DNA of 64,000 nt from Myxococcota bacterium (GTDB taxonomy: Bacteria > Myxococcota_A > SURF-8). Position numbers and translations under genes: made by a program. The stretch lies in the NCBI GenBank assembly GCA_965140415.1, contig OZ223209.1, positions 5,568,001-5,632,000 on the forward strand. The letters are read 5' to 3'. The notes beneath the pieces were generated by a model. It was not told the DNA's origin. It did not search any database and saw only the letters and a program-made list of their open reading frames with translations. Numbering within the stretch: position 1 is the stretch's first letter; the number at the start of each line of letters is the position of its first letter. Positions 41,661-51,115 of the stretch are shown here, one piece after another.

Positions 41661-43367
41661 CTACATTTCCTCCGGAGTTTCCAGTCCCAGTAAGGTCAAA
41701 CCGCGACGCAACACGACGGCGCAGGCTTGCACCAGTGTCATGCGGGTGGCTCGCATAACCGGATCGGCATCGAGGAAACGATAGCCTTCGATGTTGTATA
41801 CTTTGTTAAACGCCCGGCACAACTCGATCAAATGACGCGCCACGATGGACGGGTCGTAGTCGTCGCAGGCGCGCAGCACGCGCTCGGGAAATTCGCCCAG
41901 CAGCTTTATGACTTCCTTTTCTTCGGCCAGTTCCAGCTTGGAGGCATCCCAGTCCGCCACAGCGTCTTCTAAGGCAGCTTTTCGCAGCATCGAGCAGCAA
42001 CGCGCGTGCGTGTACTGAACGTATACACCGGTTTCGCCCTGAAAATTCAAAATGCGTTCCCACTCGAAGGTCACATCGTTCGTGCGTCGATGAACCAGAT
42101 CGCCGAAGATAATCGCACCCACACCGACCTGTTTCGCCACGGTCTGCTTGTCGGCCAGTTCGGCGTTCTTTTCTTCGATGGCAGCCAGTGAAAGATCGAT
42201 GGCTTTTTTCAGCACGTCTTCCAAAAAGATGACCTGCCCCTTGCGGGTGCTCATCGTTTGATCGGCCAGTTGCAACATGCCGAAAGAGACGTGCGTCATG
42301 CGCTCGGCCCAGGCATTACCCATCTTTTTAAGGACATTGAAAAACTGGTTAAAGTGCATGGACTGCTGATGGGCCACCACGTAAAGCGAACGCGCGAAGT
42401 TGAAACGCTCGAAACGATCGATGGCGGCGGCGATATCGCGCGTGGCATACAAAGTCGCGCCGTCGGCTTTTTTAAGCAGGCAGGGAGGCAGTTTTTCCGC
42501 TTCCAGATCCACCACCAACGCGCCTTTGGAAATCTGCGTTCCGGCGGTTTCATCCACCAGCTTGATAACATCATCGAGTCGATCGCGGTATTTCGACTCG
42601 CCCTCGAAGGAATCGAAACGCACACCCAGCAAGCCGTAAATCCGGTCGAACTCTTTCATACTGATTTCATAGAACAGCTTCCAGAGCTCCAACGCTTCTT
42701 CGTCGTTTTGCTCCATGCGCACGAACCAACCCCGAGCTTCTTCTTCCAAATTGGGATCGTTTTCCGCTTCGGCATGGAACTTCACATAAATATCTAGCAG
42801 ATGTCGAATCTGTTTTTCTTCCAGTTCCTCGCGCGATCCCCAGCGTTTATAGGCGACAATCAGCTTTCCGAACTGCGTTCCCCAGTCGCCCAGGTAATTG
42901 ATGCGCATCGTTTTATAGCCGCGCGCCTGATGCAGATTGGCAATGGCGTTTCCGATCACGGTGCTTCTAATATGGTGAAAAGCGATGGGTTTGGCGATAT
43001 TGGGACTACTGAAATCGAGCACCACCGTTTTTCCGTCGCCCTCTTTGCCTTCGCCGTAAGTCTCGTTTTCACTCAAAACCAGCGGCAGCACGTGTTGCGC
43101 CAATTCCGGTGTTGAAAATCGGAAATTCAAAAACGGTCCTTCCGCTTCCACCGAACTGAAAATCGGCATAGAGGAAAAGCGCGTGGCGAAATCCGCTGCA
43201 ATTTCAGCCGGTTTCTTTTTCAATTCCTTTCCGAAAGGAAAACAGGGTAATGCCAGATCGCCGCGTTCGGGCGTATCGGGAGTTTTAAACAACGTCAGAA
43301 AACGTTCTCTCGGAAAAGAAACTTCACCCGAAAGGGTATCCACAATCTGCTCTCGAATCCACTGCAT
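41661..43367 (-). CDS. argS: Arginine--tRNA ligase
   Basis: DFSSPNIAK, HIRSTVIG, GDWGTQFG, MSTRKG, YVQYTHAR, DALR anticodon domain. Confidence 0.97.
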   Translation of the reverse strand: MQWIREQIVDTLSGEVSFPRERFLTLFKTPDTPERGDLALPCFPFGKELKKKPAEIAADFATRFSSMPIFSSVEAEGPFLNFRFSTPELAQHVLPLVLSENETYGEGKEGDGKTVVLDFSSPNIAKPIAFHHIRSTVIGNAIANLHQARGYKTMRINYLGDWGTQFGKLIVAYKRWGSREELEEKQIRHLLDIYVKFHAEAENDPNLEEEARGWFVRMEQNDEEALELWKLFYEISMKEFDRIYGLLGVRFDSFEGESKYRDRLDDVIKLVDETAGTQISKGALVVDLEAEKLPPCLLKKADGATLYATRDIAAAIDRFERFNFARSLYVVAHQQSMHFNQFFNVLKKMGNAWAERMTHVSFGMLQLADQTMSTRKGQVIFLEDVLKKAIDLSLAAIEEKNAELADKQTVAKQVGVGAIIFGDLVHRRTNDVTFEWERILNFQGETGVYVQYTHARCCSMLRKAALEDAVADWDASKLELAEEKEVIKLLGEFPERVLRACDDYDPSIVARHLIELCRAFNKVYNIEGYRFLDADPVMRATRMTLVQACAVVLRRGLTLLGLETPEEM

Positions 43368-43585
43368 GATTCCGCTCCATTAACACTTAGATACCGAATA
43401 TTCGAACCACACTAAATGGAGTGACGGGGAATGTCAAGATGCTTGCAGGCAATGGAGATTGAAAAGGAAAGTTGCTGCTAATGGAATGGGTGGGTCTCTG
43501 CATCGAAGAGGGGCAAGCGGTGTGCTTTGTGACGGAGACTTTGTATCATTATCCCCACATCGGCATTTTCGCAGCTCCACAATCC

Positions 43586-43777
43586 GACCGTAAACATACA
43601 CTAAAAGCACACTAAAAGACCGTAAACGCACAGTAAAAAATGGCCGGAACCCATAAAATCAACGGCAAATAAGCAAACCGGTCACGTTTGGGCGTCTTTT
43701 AATGCATGATACAGAAACCAAGTGCGCATCTACGGTCATGTAGTGTGGTTTTAGTGCGTGTTGGCGCCACTTAGTGT
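43586..43777. repeat. Array of roughly 11-bp CACTAAA/GACCGTA units forming a long imperfect inverted repeat
   Basis: 43592-43633 pairs with 43721-43762 (about 33/42); internal direct repeats GACCGTAAAC x2 and ACACTAAAAG x2. Confidence 0.7.
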
Positions 43778-43958
43778 CACAATTTGCGATTTTGGCCGTT
43801 TTTTACGCGCCGGCGCGACCGGTCTTTCGGAGCGGAAATAACCGTGCCTTTTATCCTCATCGGGAAGTTTTCAAGCGGAGAAATAACAGAAAAGCAACGG
43901 CTGAAAATGAGAACTCGCGTGAAAGAATTTCGTTGACGGACATCCTGACTCTCTGATA

Positions 43959-43977
43959 TTGGTTGAACGACCAACCA
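43959..43977. promoter_or_regulatory. Putative TetR operator 1
   Basis: TTGGTTG-AACGAC-CAACCA, repeated at 44612. Confidence 0.75.
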
Positions 43978-43995
43978 TGAACGAGGAGCAGGTTA

Positions 43996-44577
43996 TTGGA
44001 CGAGACAAAAGAGAAAATATTGATCTCCGCCAGGAAAGTCATTTCTGATAAAGGCTATGAAAGGGCTAGCATCAAACGAATCGCAATCGAGGCGGGTGTC
44101 GCACCGGGTTTATTGCATTACCATTTCAAAAACAAAGAAGACCTGCTCATCCAAGTGATGAACTCCATCTACGAAGGAAGCGTCGGGCCTTCGGCGCTCG
44201 ATCAAATGGGTGCGGTTACACCCGAACAGTTGGCCAGCCTTATTACTATGCTTTTCCGAGAAGCACTCAAAAACTCTCCCGATTTTTTCCATCTGATTTA
44301 CGGCACACTAAATATTATCCGTCAGAGCGAAATCGTGCGCAAAGCGATGGAGGAGATCTGGGGCAGGTATCGCAAAGAAACGGAAATTATCATCGACCGA
44401 TTGAAAATAGATGGAGCGGTGACGTCCTCGCGTTCCTCGGCGGTGATTCTTTCGCTGATTGTTGGCGTATTACACGGCATCGGGATTCAGGCTGTCGGAG
44501 AACCGACGATGAAACTGACGGAATCGGATGATCTCTGGTCAGCCATCGAAGACAACCTGCTTTACATTCTGAAATAG
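43996..44577 (+). CDS. TetR/AcrR family regulator
   Basis: TKEKIL.SA...I...GYE..SI..IA.EAGVA.GLLHYHFKNKEDL HTH; TTG start with GAGGAG RBS. Confidence 0.93.
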   Translation: MDETKEKILISARKVISDKGYERASIKRIAIEAGVAPGLLHYHFKNKEDLLIQVMNSIYEGSVGPSALDQMGAVTPEQLASLITMLFREALKNSPDFFHLIYGTLNIIRQSEIVRKAMEEIWGRYRKETEIIIDRLKIDGAVTSSRSSAVILSLIVGVLHGIGIQAVGEPTMKLTESDDLWSAIEDNLLYILK

Positions 44578-44611
44578 CGGTTTTCACTAGGTATATTTTT
44601 TTAAGGTTAAC

Positions 44612-44637
44612 TTGGTTGAACAACCAACCAATATAAT
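44612..44637 (+). promoter_or_regulatory. Putative TetR operator 2 abutting a TATAAT -10 box
   Basis: TTGGTTG-AACAAC-CAACCAA then TATAAT (44632-44637). Confidence 0.75.
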
Positions 44638-44652
44638 AAGAGCGAGGATAGC

Positions 44653-45831
44653 ATGATCGAAAAAGCATTATCGGGATCGAAGATGTACTGGATCTGGGTG
44701 AGTTTTCTGCTGCTCTGGTGCATGGTAGCGTTGGGAGTTTTTGTCTACCAAACGAACATGGGTCTACACATCACCGGCATGGGACGAGATATTCCCTGGG
44801 GATTGTACATCGCCCAATTGACCTTCATGGTCGGCGTGGCAGCCAGCGCCGTTATGGTGGTGCTGCCGTATTACCTTCATGACTATAAAGCCTTCGGGAC
44901 AATCACCATCCTTGGTGAATTCGTCGCGATTCCTTCTGTAATCGTTGCCATGCTTTTCGTCGGCGTAGATATGGGACGACCGGATCGGGTTTTGAACATC
45001 CTGCTCCACCCAACACCAAACTCTCCCATGTTTTGGGATTTCGTTTCGGTTTCAGGCTATCTTTTGCTCAACATTGTGATCGGCTTTAAAACCCTTCATC
45101 TAAAGGCCAACGACTTAACTCCACCCAAATGGTTGAAAGTCCTGATCGTCATCTCGATTCCCTGGGCGGTCAGCATTCACACGGTCACAGCCTTTTTATA
45201 TTCCGGTCTGGCGGCGCGTCCCTTCTGGCTATCCGCTGTCATGGCGCCACGTTTTCTCGCTTCTGCCTTCGCCTGCGGTCCGTCGCTCTTGATTCTTATT
45301 TTATTCATACTAGAGAAAGTCAGCGATTTCCGCATTGAACAAAAAGTCTGGCAGACCCTGGCGAAAATCGTCACCTACGCATTGGCCATCAGCATTTTCC
45401 TGTTGCTTCTCGAATTCTTCACCGTATTCTTCAGCAACATGCCACATCACATGCATCCCTTCGAGTACCTGCTGTTCGGCTTGGACGGCAAAACCCGCAT
45501 CGTTCCTTTCGCCTGGGCATCTATGGTGCTTACGGTTGCGGCGCTTGTTGTGCTGCTCGTTCCCAGCTTGCGTAACCAATCTCGCTGGCTTATGGCCGCC
45601 TGCGCCTTGACTTTTATCGGCCTTTGGATCGACAAGGGGCTCAATATGGTGGTCGTGGGCTTCGTACCCAATCCAATGAACGAGGTCGTCGAGTACGCCC
45701 CGACTGCGCCGGAAATTCTGCTTTCCATCGGCATTTACGCTTTCGGCGCGTTGATCTTTACTACGCTGGCCAAGATCTACTTGCATTACTTCGAGGACAT
45801 TCAGTGGGTGCAGCAGAAACATCATGATTAG
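44653..45831 (+). CDS. dsrP: NrfD/PsrC family membrane protein, DsrP-like
   Basis: M.EKAL.GS..YW.W, ITGM.RD..WGLYIAQ.TF.VGVAASAVM.VLPYY.H, HPTPNS..FWD, WAVSIHTVTAFLY, RFLASAF..GP recalled from DsrP. Confidence 0.8.
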   Translation: MIEKALSGSKMYWIWVSFLLLWCMVALGVFVYQTNMGLHITGMGRDIPWGLYIAQLTFMVGVAASAVMVVLPYYLHDYKAFGTITILGEFVAIPSVIVAMLFVGVDMGRPDRVLNILLHPTPNSPMFWDFVSVSGYLLLNIVIGFKTLHLKANDLTPPKWLKVLIVISIPWAVSIHTVTAFLYSGLAARPFWLSAVMAPRFLASAFACGPSLLILILFILEKVSDFRIEQKVWQTLAKIVTYALAISIFLLLLEFFTVFFSNMPHHMHPFEYLLFGLDGKTRIVPFAWASMVLTVAALVVLLVPSLRNQSRWLMAACALTFIGLWIDKGLNMVVVGFVPNPMNEVVEYAPTAPEILLSIGIYAFGALIFTTLAKIYLHYFEDIQWVQQKHHD

Positions 45832-45861
45832 TTGGATGTAGGAGGCATAATTGGCTACGCT

Positions 45862-46196
45862 GGGCGCGTGGCCCAGATAATGGGTGGAACGGACAAGCGG
45901 AGTGAAACGGAGTTTGCCCGTGTTCGAGAATCACATGGGCAACCTACGGTTAGCCCCTGCCACCCATTCGTATTTTAAACGTTTGCGGTTTGTCATGGCC
46001 ACCCGACTGTCCTGCTCCAAATGTTTGTCTTCTTTGATTAGATCCATGTCGGGCGCGTGGCCCAGATAAAGGGTGGAACGGACAAGCGGAGTGAAACGGA
46101 GTTTGCCCGTGTTCGAGAATCACATGGGCAAACTACGGTTAGCCCCTGCCACCCACTCGCATTTTAAACGTTTGCGGCTTGTCACGGCCACCCGAC
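45862..46196 (+). repeat. Two 146-bp direct repeats (period 189 bp), each containing a family A-variant REPIN
   Basis: 45862-46007 vs 46051-46196 differ at about 6 positions; inner GGGTGG...CCACCC elements at 45882-45965 and 46071-46154. Confidence 0.9.
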
Positions 46197-46229
46197 CGGT
46201 TCGAATTATTTTTTGGGCACTCCCCCCCC

Positions 46230-47702
46230 CTACTTCCCAACCGCTTTGGAGGAAGCCAGCAGACGCTGCAAGCGTTGCGCGTCGGGTGTGATGTAGATCG
46301 CCTTATGGCGTGAAAGCAATACTTGTCCGGGGTTGGCTCTGGCCGGTTTGCGCACGTGACGCACGAAGGCGATCATCACTTCCACCGGGCCGCCCTTCGC
46401 TTTGGAATAATGCGCGGCCAATGTTGCGGCATCGATGCGCGTTTCCGGGTCGATCTGCTCGCCTTTGGCCATCGGCACAATCACGTGGCTGCCGGCATAG
46501 CCGGAAGCATGGAACCAGACGTCGTCTCCTTTTGAGAGCCTGAAAGTGATGATATCGTTCTCTTTGTCCGTTCGACCCACGCGGATTTCACGACCGCTGG
46601 CGCTTAGGAAACGTCGGAAGGGTTTGCGCTTTTCCTCTTCGCGGCTCTTCTTCGTACCGGAGCGTTGCTCTTCTTCATCCGGCAAATCCAAGCCTTTTCG
46701 AACTCTAGCCAATAGCGCTTCGTCCCGCTCTTCCAATAATTCCGAAAGTCTCAGCAGGTGGTCACGTTCTTCCTCGATCTGCTCGCGACGCTTGGCGATG
46801 GCGATGACCGCCCGTTTGCCTTTTTTGGATTTCTGATACAGGCGGCTGATGTTGTCGCTGGGTGATAACGATGGGTCGAGCTTGATTTCAACCGGTTGAC
46901 CCTCACCCAATAAATCCGGCACTTCGATCTTATCCATACGCGATTTCAGCAGGTGAAAATTGATCTGCAACAACTCGGCCTGATGTCGCTGCTCATCCGA
47001 AAGCTGCGCTCCGGCTTCGTCTTTATCCAAAGACCTGCTCACGCGATCCAGCTTTTTTAAACGTCGTCGGATTTCTTTACGGCATACCGTAAAGCGTTTT
47101 TCGGTTTGATCTTCCTCCGCCTGCACGCCGAAAAGCAAAGCGGCGGCGGTATTATACGGAAAGTCGCCCTCGCCCGCTTCAATGCGCGACGTCACCTGCG
47201 GAGGCGAGGCCAAAGGGAAAGGCGAATGATAGGTTTCGCCAACCAATAAACGCCGCTTTTTACTGCGATTCGGGCGCAAGCTGCCCAGTATCCGATCGTT
47301 TTCATCCAGTAAAAACGCATTGGCGTGACGACCCGTCAATTCCGCCACCAGCCGATACGAGTGGATCTCGCCTGCTTCGTTCATGGTATCCAGCCACAAA
47401 GAGACGACGCGCTCTCCCTGCGTCGCCTGGATATCGCGTACGCGCGACGGTTCCAGCAGCTTTCGCAGCAGCATGACGAAGGCATACGGCGTTTTGGGGC
47501 TTGGCGGCTTGGTTTCGCTTAGATGCAGGCGGCAGGCATCGTCCTGCACGCTGATCAATAACAATCGCTTTCGGTATTCGTGGCGCAGGTTGATGATCAG
47601 CAGTCCTTCATCGGGTTGATGAAAACGCTGCACCGATGCGCCTTGCAGTTGTTGCAATTCCGATACGACAAGCTCGATCTCTTTGTAATTCATGGCGCTC
47701 AT
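46230..47702 (-). CDS. rqcH: NFACT/FbpA family ribosome quality control factor (RqcH-like)
   Basis: ERVV.L, LVAELTGRHAN..L.D, coiled coil, I.VGR..KEND.ITF, WFHA..YAGSHV, AA.LAAHYSKA. Confidence 0.88.
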   Translation of the reverse strand: MSAMNYKEIELVVSELQQLQGASVQRFHQPDEGLLIINLRHEYRKRLLLISVQDDACRLHLSETKPPSPKTPYAFVMLLRKLLEPSRVRDIQATQGERVVSLWLDTMNEAGEIHSYRLVAELTGRHANAFLLDENDRILGSLRPNRSKKRRLLVGETYHSPFPLASPPQVTSRIEAGEGDFPYNTAAALLFGVQAEEDQTEKRFTVCRKEIRRRLKKLDRVSRSLDKDEAGAQLSDEQRHQAELLQINFHLLKSRMDKIEVPDLLGEGQPVEIKLDPSLSPSDNISRLYQKSKKGKRAVIAIAKRREQIEEERDHLLRLSELLEERDEALLARVRKGLDLPDEEEQRSGTKKSREEEKRKPFRRFLSASGREIRVGRTDKENDIITFRLSKGDDVWFHASGYAGSHVIVPMAKGEQIDPETRIDAATLAAHYSKAKGGPVEVMIAFVRHVRKPARANPGQVLLSRHKAIYITPDAQRLQRLLASSKAVGK

Positions 47703-47753
47703 GGCAGGGAGTGTATCCGTATTTTGCAAGGCAGGTCAAGTTACATCTTCGCG

Positions 47754-48380
47754 CTAGCCCTTTACCGCCGTGATGAGTTTCAGTGCCAGTCCCAAAAAGA
47801 TTCCCGCCGCCACCCAGTGCATGGTCCGTTGCGCATTCGGCGAGCGGTTCAACCAGTTTCCCAACGAGCCTGCAAGTACGGCCACCGAACCGAAAACCAG
47901 CATCGTTGCCACAATGAACAGCGCGCCTAAAAGCAGCAGTTGCATAGTCAGCGAGCCACGCGCTGGATCGGCGAATTGCGGCAGGAAAGCCAGAAAGAAA
48001 ATCGAAACCTTGGGATTGGTGACGTTCATGATGATGCCGCGTCGATACAAGCGGGCAGCGGAGAGGCGCGGCTGGGAGTCGTGATCCACGCGACTGGCCC
48101 CGGCCCGTAAGGCCTGTATCGCCAGAACGACCAGATAGCTGGCCCCTGCAATTTTCAAAATAAGAAAAGCCGTTTCCGAAGTGTTGAATACGGCGGCCAC
48201 ACCAAAGGTTACCGCTGCCGTGTGTACGAGCAGCCCCGTACATAGCCCGGCTGTAACCAGCCAGCCTGCGTTACGACCATATAAGGCGGACTGCGTCAAC
48301 ACGAACAGATTATCGGGACCGGGAGCCAGCGCCAGCATGATGCAAGCCAGAAAATAAATTCCCAACTCTTCCAATGCCAT
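47754..48380 (-). CDS. LysE/RhtB family exporter
   Basis: LAPGPDNLFV, GASYL..L, NVTNPKVSIFFLAFLPQF. Confidence 0.92.
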   Translation of the reverse strand: MALEELGIYFLACIMLALAPGPDNLFVLTQSALYGRNAGWLVTAGLCTGLLVHTAAVTFGVAAVFNTSETAFLILKIAGASYLVVLAIQALRAGASRVDHDSQPRLSAARLYRRGIIMNVTNPKVSIFFLAFLPQFADPARGSLTMQLLLLGALFIVATMLVFGSVAVLAGSLGNWLNRSPNAQRTMHWVAAGIFLGLALKLITAVKG

Positions 48381-48410
48381 GGCGCTAGCTCCGCGTGTTA
48401 CTTATCAAGG

Positions 48411-50930
48411 TTATTTGTCGCTTTGAATCAAACCGGTGTACAAACCCATGTAATAGGGCAGCAGCCAGGCGGTGGGTGCCTGTAAGCCGGTGCCGTCGCC
48501 ACCCGATTCCAGATCGTAAGGATTGCCGTTCCACCACATCGTGCGAATCTCGTCGAAGGGGAAAACCCGGTCGCACTGCGCATCGCCGTGGCGGTCGTTT
48601 TCGATTTGCACCATGTCTTTGCGGCTGCGATTGTCGATGTACCATTCGCGGATGTCATCCGGAATTTCCTGCAAGGTGCGAAGCGCGCCCTGGCTGTCTA
48701 CATCGTCGCCACCACCGGATAGCGCATAGACGCCCGCCCACCAGGGATTGCGTTCCGGGCGTTCGTAATCGTACATGAATTTCAACGACTCGATCCATTC
48801 GGCGCGGCGGTCGTCGCGCGCTTCGTAGCGAATTAACGTGGTGTAAGCCAGAATCGCCAGTTCGTGATCGCTGTGGTTGGCGATACTGGGTCGCGTGATG
48901 GTCCAGGTGTTTTCGTTGGCCATGGCCAGTTCGTTGTAACGATGCTCGTTGATCAGATACTCATAGGCATCGTAGAATTTCTTCTCGCCCGACATGTGAT
49001 AGGCGGCCAGCATGTGCCCCAGAATTTCCAGCGAATTCAACCAGCCACCACCGAAATTACCGCTGGTGCAGGCATCCAGGCATTCATCCATGGAATAGCC
49101 GTTTTCGATGCAGACATCGAAGCCGTCGATACAGATGCTCAAGGTTTCCGGGTTCCAGTGACCGTGCATCGTACGTTCGCCGTCCAGATCGATCAGCACG
49201 TAACCGCCGTCGATGATGTATTCGGCCAGTTCGATGGCGTACTTGCTGATTTGTTCGCGTTCCGCATCGTCCTTGGCGCACAGATCGTAGAACATCGGGA
49301 AGCCGAAAAAATGCCCGACGATTTCATCCGAACTGGTGTCGTCTTTCCAGTAATAGTCGCGGCCTTCGTAGGTTACCGGATGCCAGTTGCTCCGCGTTTC
49401 CTTACTGGTGTACACATCACCCTCGTCATCGCGCACCAACGAGCGCGTAATGAAACCGCGTTTCATGCCATTGGCTTCGAAGTCGATGGCCGGAACATCG
49501 ATCTCCAGCAGCATGTTGTCCATCGCTTTTCTGGCGTACTGATAATATTTCTCCTCGCCGGTCGCCGCATAAGCCATGCACCAGCCGCCGATCATCATCT
49601 GCGTCCACAAGCCGTCGTTGTCCTTGTCGCCAAGCCACATCTGCGAGAAATCGCTGTAGGGCTCGGGCAAGCGGCCATCGCTGGAAACGAAACCGTCCAT
49701 GCGCCAGAAGGCGTCTACATAGCCATCGAAAACTTTTTCCTTATCCGCCAGGGTGCGCGTAACCAGATAAATGCGGCTCACACCCGCTTCACCCGCCACC
49801 CAGCGGTCGCCGTTTTCACCCAGCGCCACCGAGCTTACGCGGTTGTTCTCCATCCAACGTTTCGACTGGTAATAATCGATGTGCGCCAGATTGCCCTCGA
49901 TATACGTCGCTCCGATTTCGTGGCCCAGCAGAATGGCTTCGTCGTTGCAAGTGACGGATAGATTGTTGTCCATCGGCAGTCCATCGACTTCCGCCTTGTA
50001 CAGTTTAACCGTATCACCCTGCTTAATGGCAATGCTTGTTGCGGAGGCGATGACCAATCGATCACCGCAGATAGCGATATCGCGTACGTCGTCATCCAGC
50101 AGATCGCCGTTGGCGGCGGTCCAGGTTGTTTGCAGCGTCGCCTGATCGAGCGTATGATCGTAGCTGACTTCCAGCAGCCCGGCATCCGTCGCCAACAGCA
50201 GTGTGTCCTGCGCGTCGATAGCCAAAGCCTTCACCACCGGTTGCGGATCGAGTGTGACCGCGTGCCAGTCCGTATCGCCGAAATTGGTGGAGTAAACATA
50301 GATGCCTGTCGCCGTGGCCGCAGCCAGCATGGCTCCGTTGCTGGCCAGTTGCAACAGACCGCCGGGCGTAAAGGCCAGGGTTTCATCCTGCGCATTGGTG
50401 CTGGAGAGCAAGTCCACCCGGTCATCGAAACCGACCGCCACCTTGCCTTGATACAACTGCTTGGCCATCGCCGTTACCGGAGCGGCGGCGGCGGGAAGAC
50501 TCCAGGCAGCGAAAGCGGCTTCGAAGCTTGCAGAGCCAGCGCCTTTGAAATACACACCCGTTGGCGTACCGACGAAGATCTGTCCGTTCTGTGCCACCAT
50601 GGCGGAAATCTGCAAATCCGCCAGGCGATCCGCGCTGCGGTAGCGATCCGGGAATTCCTGCGCGAAAGAAGCATCCGGCAGCGCGACCGAAGACGTACGG
50701 ACTTCGTGAATGAATTCCGGGTCGGGATACTGGCTTGTTTCTTCGCCCTCGCCTTCCATATCACCATCGGCGGCATCGCCATCCGTTTCCATGTCACCAT
50801 CGGAGATGTCGCCATCCGGGTTTTGATCGCCATCGGTAATGTCGTCATCCGAATCGCTACAGGCGATCATGAGCAGCAGGCAACTGCAAACGACAATCGT
50901 CCACAACAAGAATTTACTACTTCTTTTCAT
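48411..50930 (-). CDS. Large lipoprotein: DGD linker, beta-propeller-like region, conserved helical enzyme-like C-terminal domain
   Basis: Lipobox MIAC; propeller motifs GLP..N, V..VA.G..G..WVA; DNDGLWT, WK.DTSSDE..GH, NHSD.EL motifs. Confidence 0.75.
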   Translation of the reverse strand: MKRSSKFLLWTIVVCSCLLLMIACSDSDDDITDGDQNPDGDISDGDMETDGDAADGDMEGEGEETSQYPDPEFIHEVRTSSVALPDASFAQEFPDRYRSADRLADLQISAMVAQNGQIFVGTPTGVYFKGAGSASFEAAFAAWSLPAAAAPVTAMAKQLYQGKVAVGFDDRVDLLSSTNAQDETLAFTPGGLLQLASNGAMLAAATATGIYVYSTNFGDTDWHAVTLDPQPVVKALAIDAQDTLLLATDAGLLEVSYDHTLDQATLQTTWTAANGDLLDDDVRDIAICGDRLVIASATSIAIKQGDTVKLYKAEVDGLPMDNNLSVTCNDEAILLGHEIGATYIEGNLAHIDYYQSKRWMENNRVSSVALGENGDRWVAGEAGVSRIYLVTRTLADKEKVFDGYVDAFWRMDGFVSSDGRLPEPYSDFSQMWLGDKDNDGLWTQMMIGGWCMAYAATGEEKYYQYARKAMDNMLLEIDVPAIDFEANGMKRGFITRSLVRDDEGDVYTSKETRSNWHPVTYEGRDYYWKDDTSSDEIVGHFFGFPMFYDLCAKDDAEREQISKYAIELAEYIIDGGYVLIDLDGERTMHGHWNPETLSICIDGFDVCIENGYSMDECLDACTSGNFGGGWLNSLEILGHMLAAYHMSGEKKFYDAYEYLINEHRYNELAMANENTWTITRPSIANHSDHELAILAYTTLIRYEARDDRRAEWIESLKFMYDYERPERNPWWAGVYALSGGGDDVDSQGALRTLQEIPDDIREWYIDNRSRKDMVQIENDRHGDAQCDRVFPFDEIRTMWWNGNPYDLESGGDGTGLQAPTAWLLPYYMGLYTGLIQSDK

Positions 50931-51057
50931 TCTCGTTCCTCCAAATAAGGTATCGTTTCTTTGAATCGTTACAGCTAAGCCGGCACCATCCTGCAAGAAC
51001 ACCACCAGCCTATTTGTTAACCGGATTCTAACAAACCTGTCCCCTGGTAGCAAACAT

Positions 51058-51085
51058 TTGACAAAAGACCTTACTACGATAGGAT
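51058..51085 (+). promoter_or_regulatory. Candidate sigma70 promoter
   Basis: TTGACA-N16-TAGGAT upstream of ATG 51116. Confidence 0.55.
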
Positions 51086-51115
51086 AGAAGAGCAACTTAA
51101 CGACTGAGGCATGAC

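Noticed and set aside
43368-43995. T-box riboswitch upstream of argS
   Set aside because: No GGTGGNACC T-box with terminator on the argS (minus) strand; the AATGGGTGG look-alike is on the opposite strand
44653-45831. Evidence that the organism reduces sulfate
   Set aside because: A lone DsrP-like gene without dsrAB or dsrMKJO in the window is insufficient
45862-46196. CRISPR array
   Set aside because: Only two units, 146 bp long and REP-derived; no cas genes
46222-46230. Phase-variable poly-C tract
   Set aside because: Lies at or after the rqcH stop codon between convergent genes, so slippage would not change a frame or promoter
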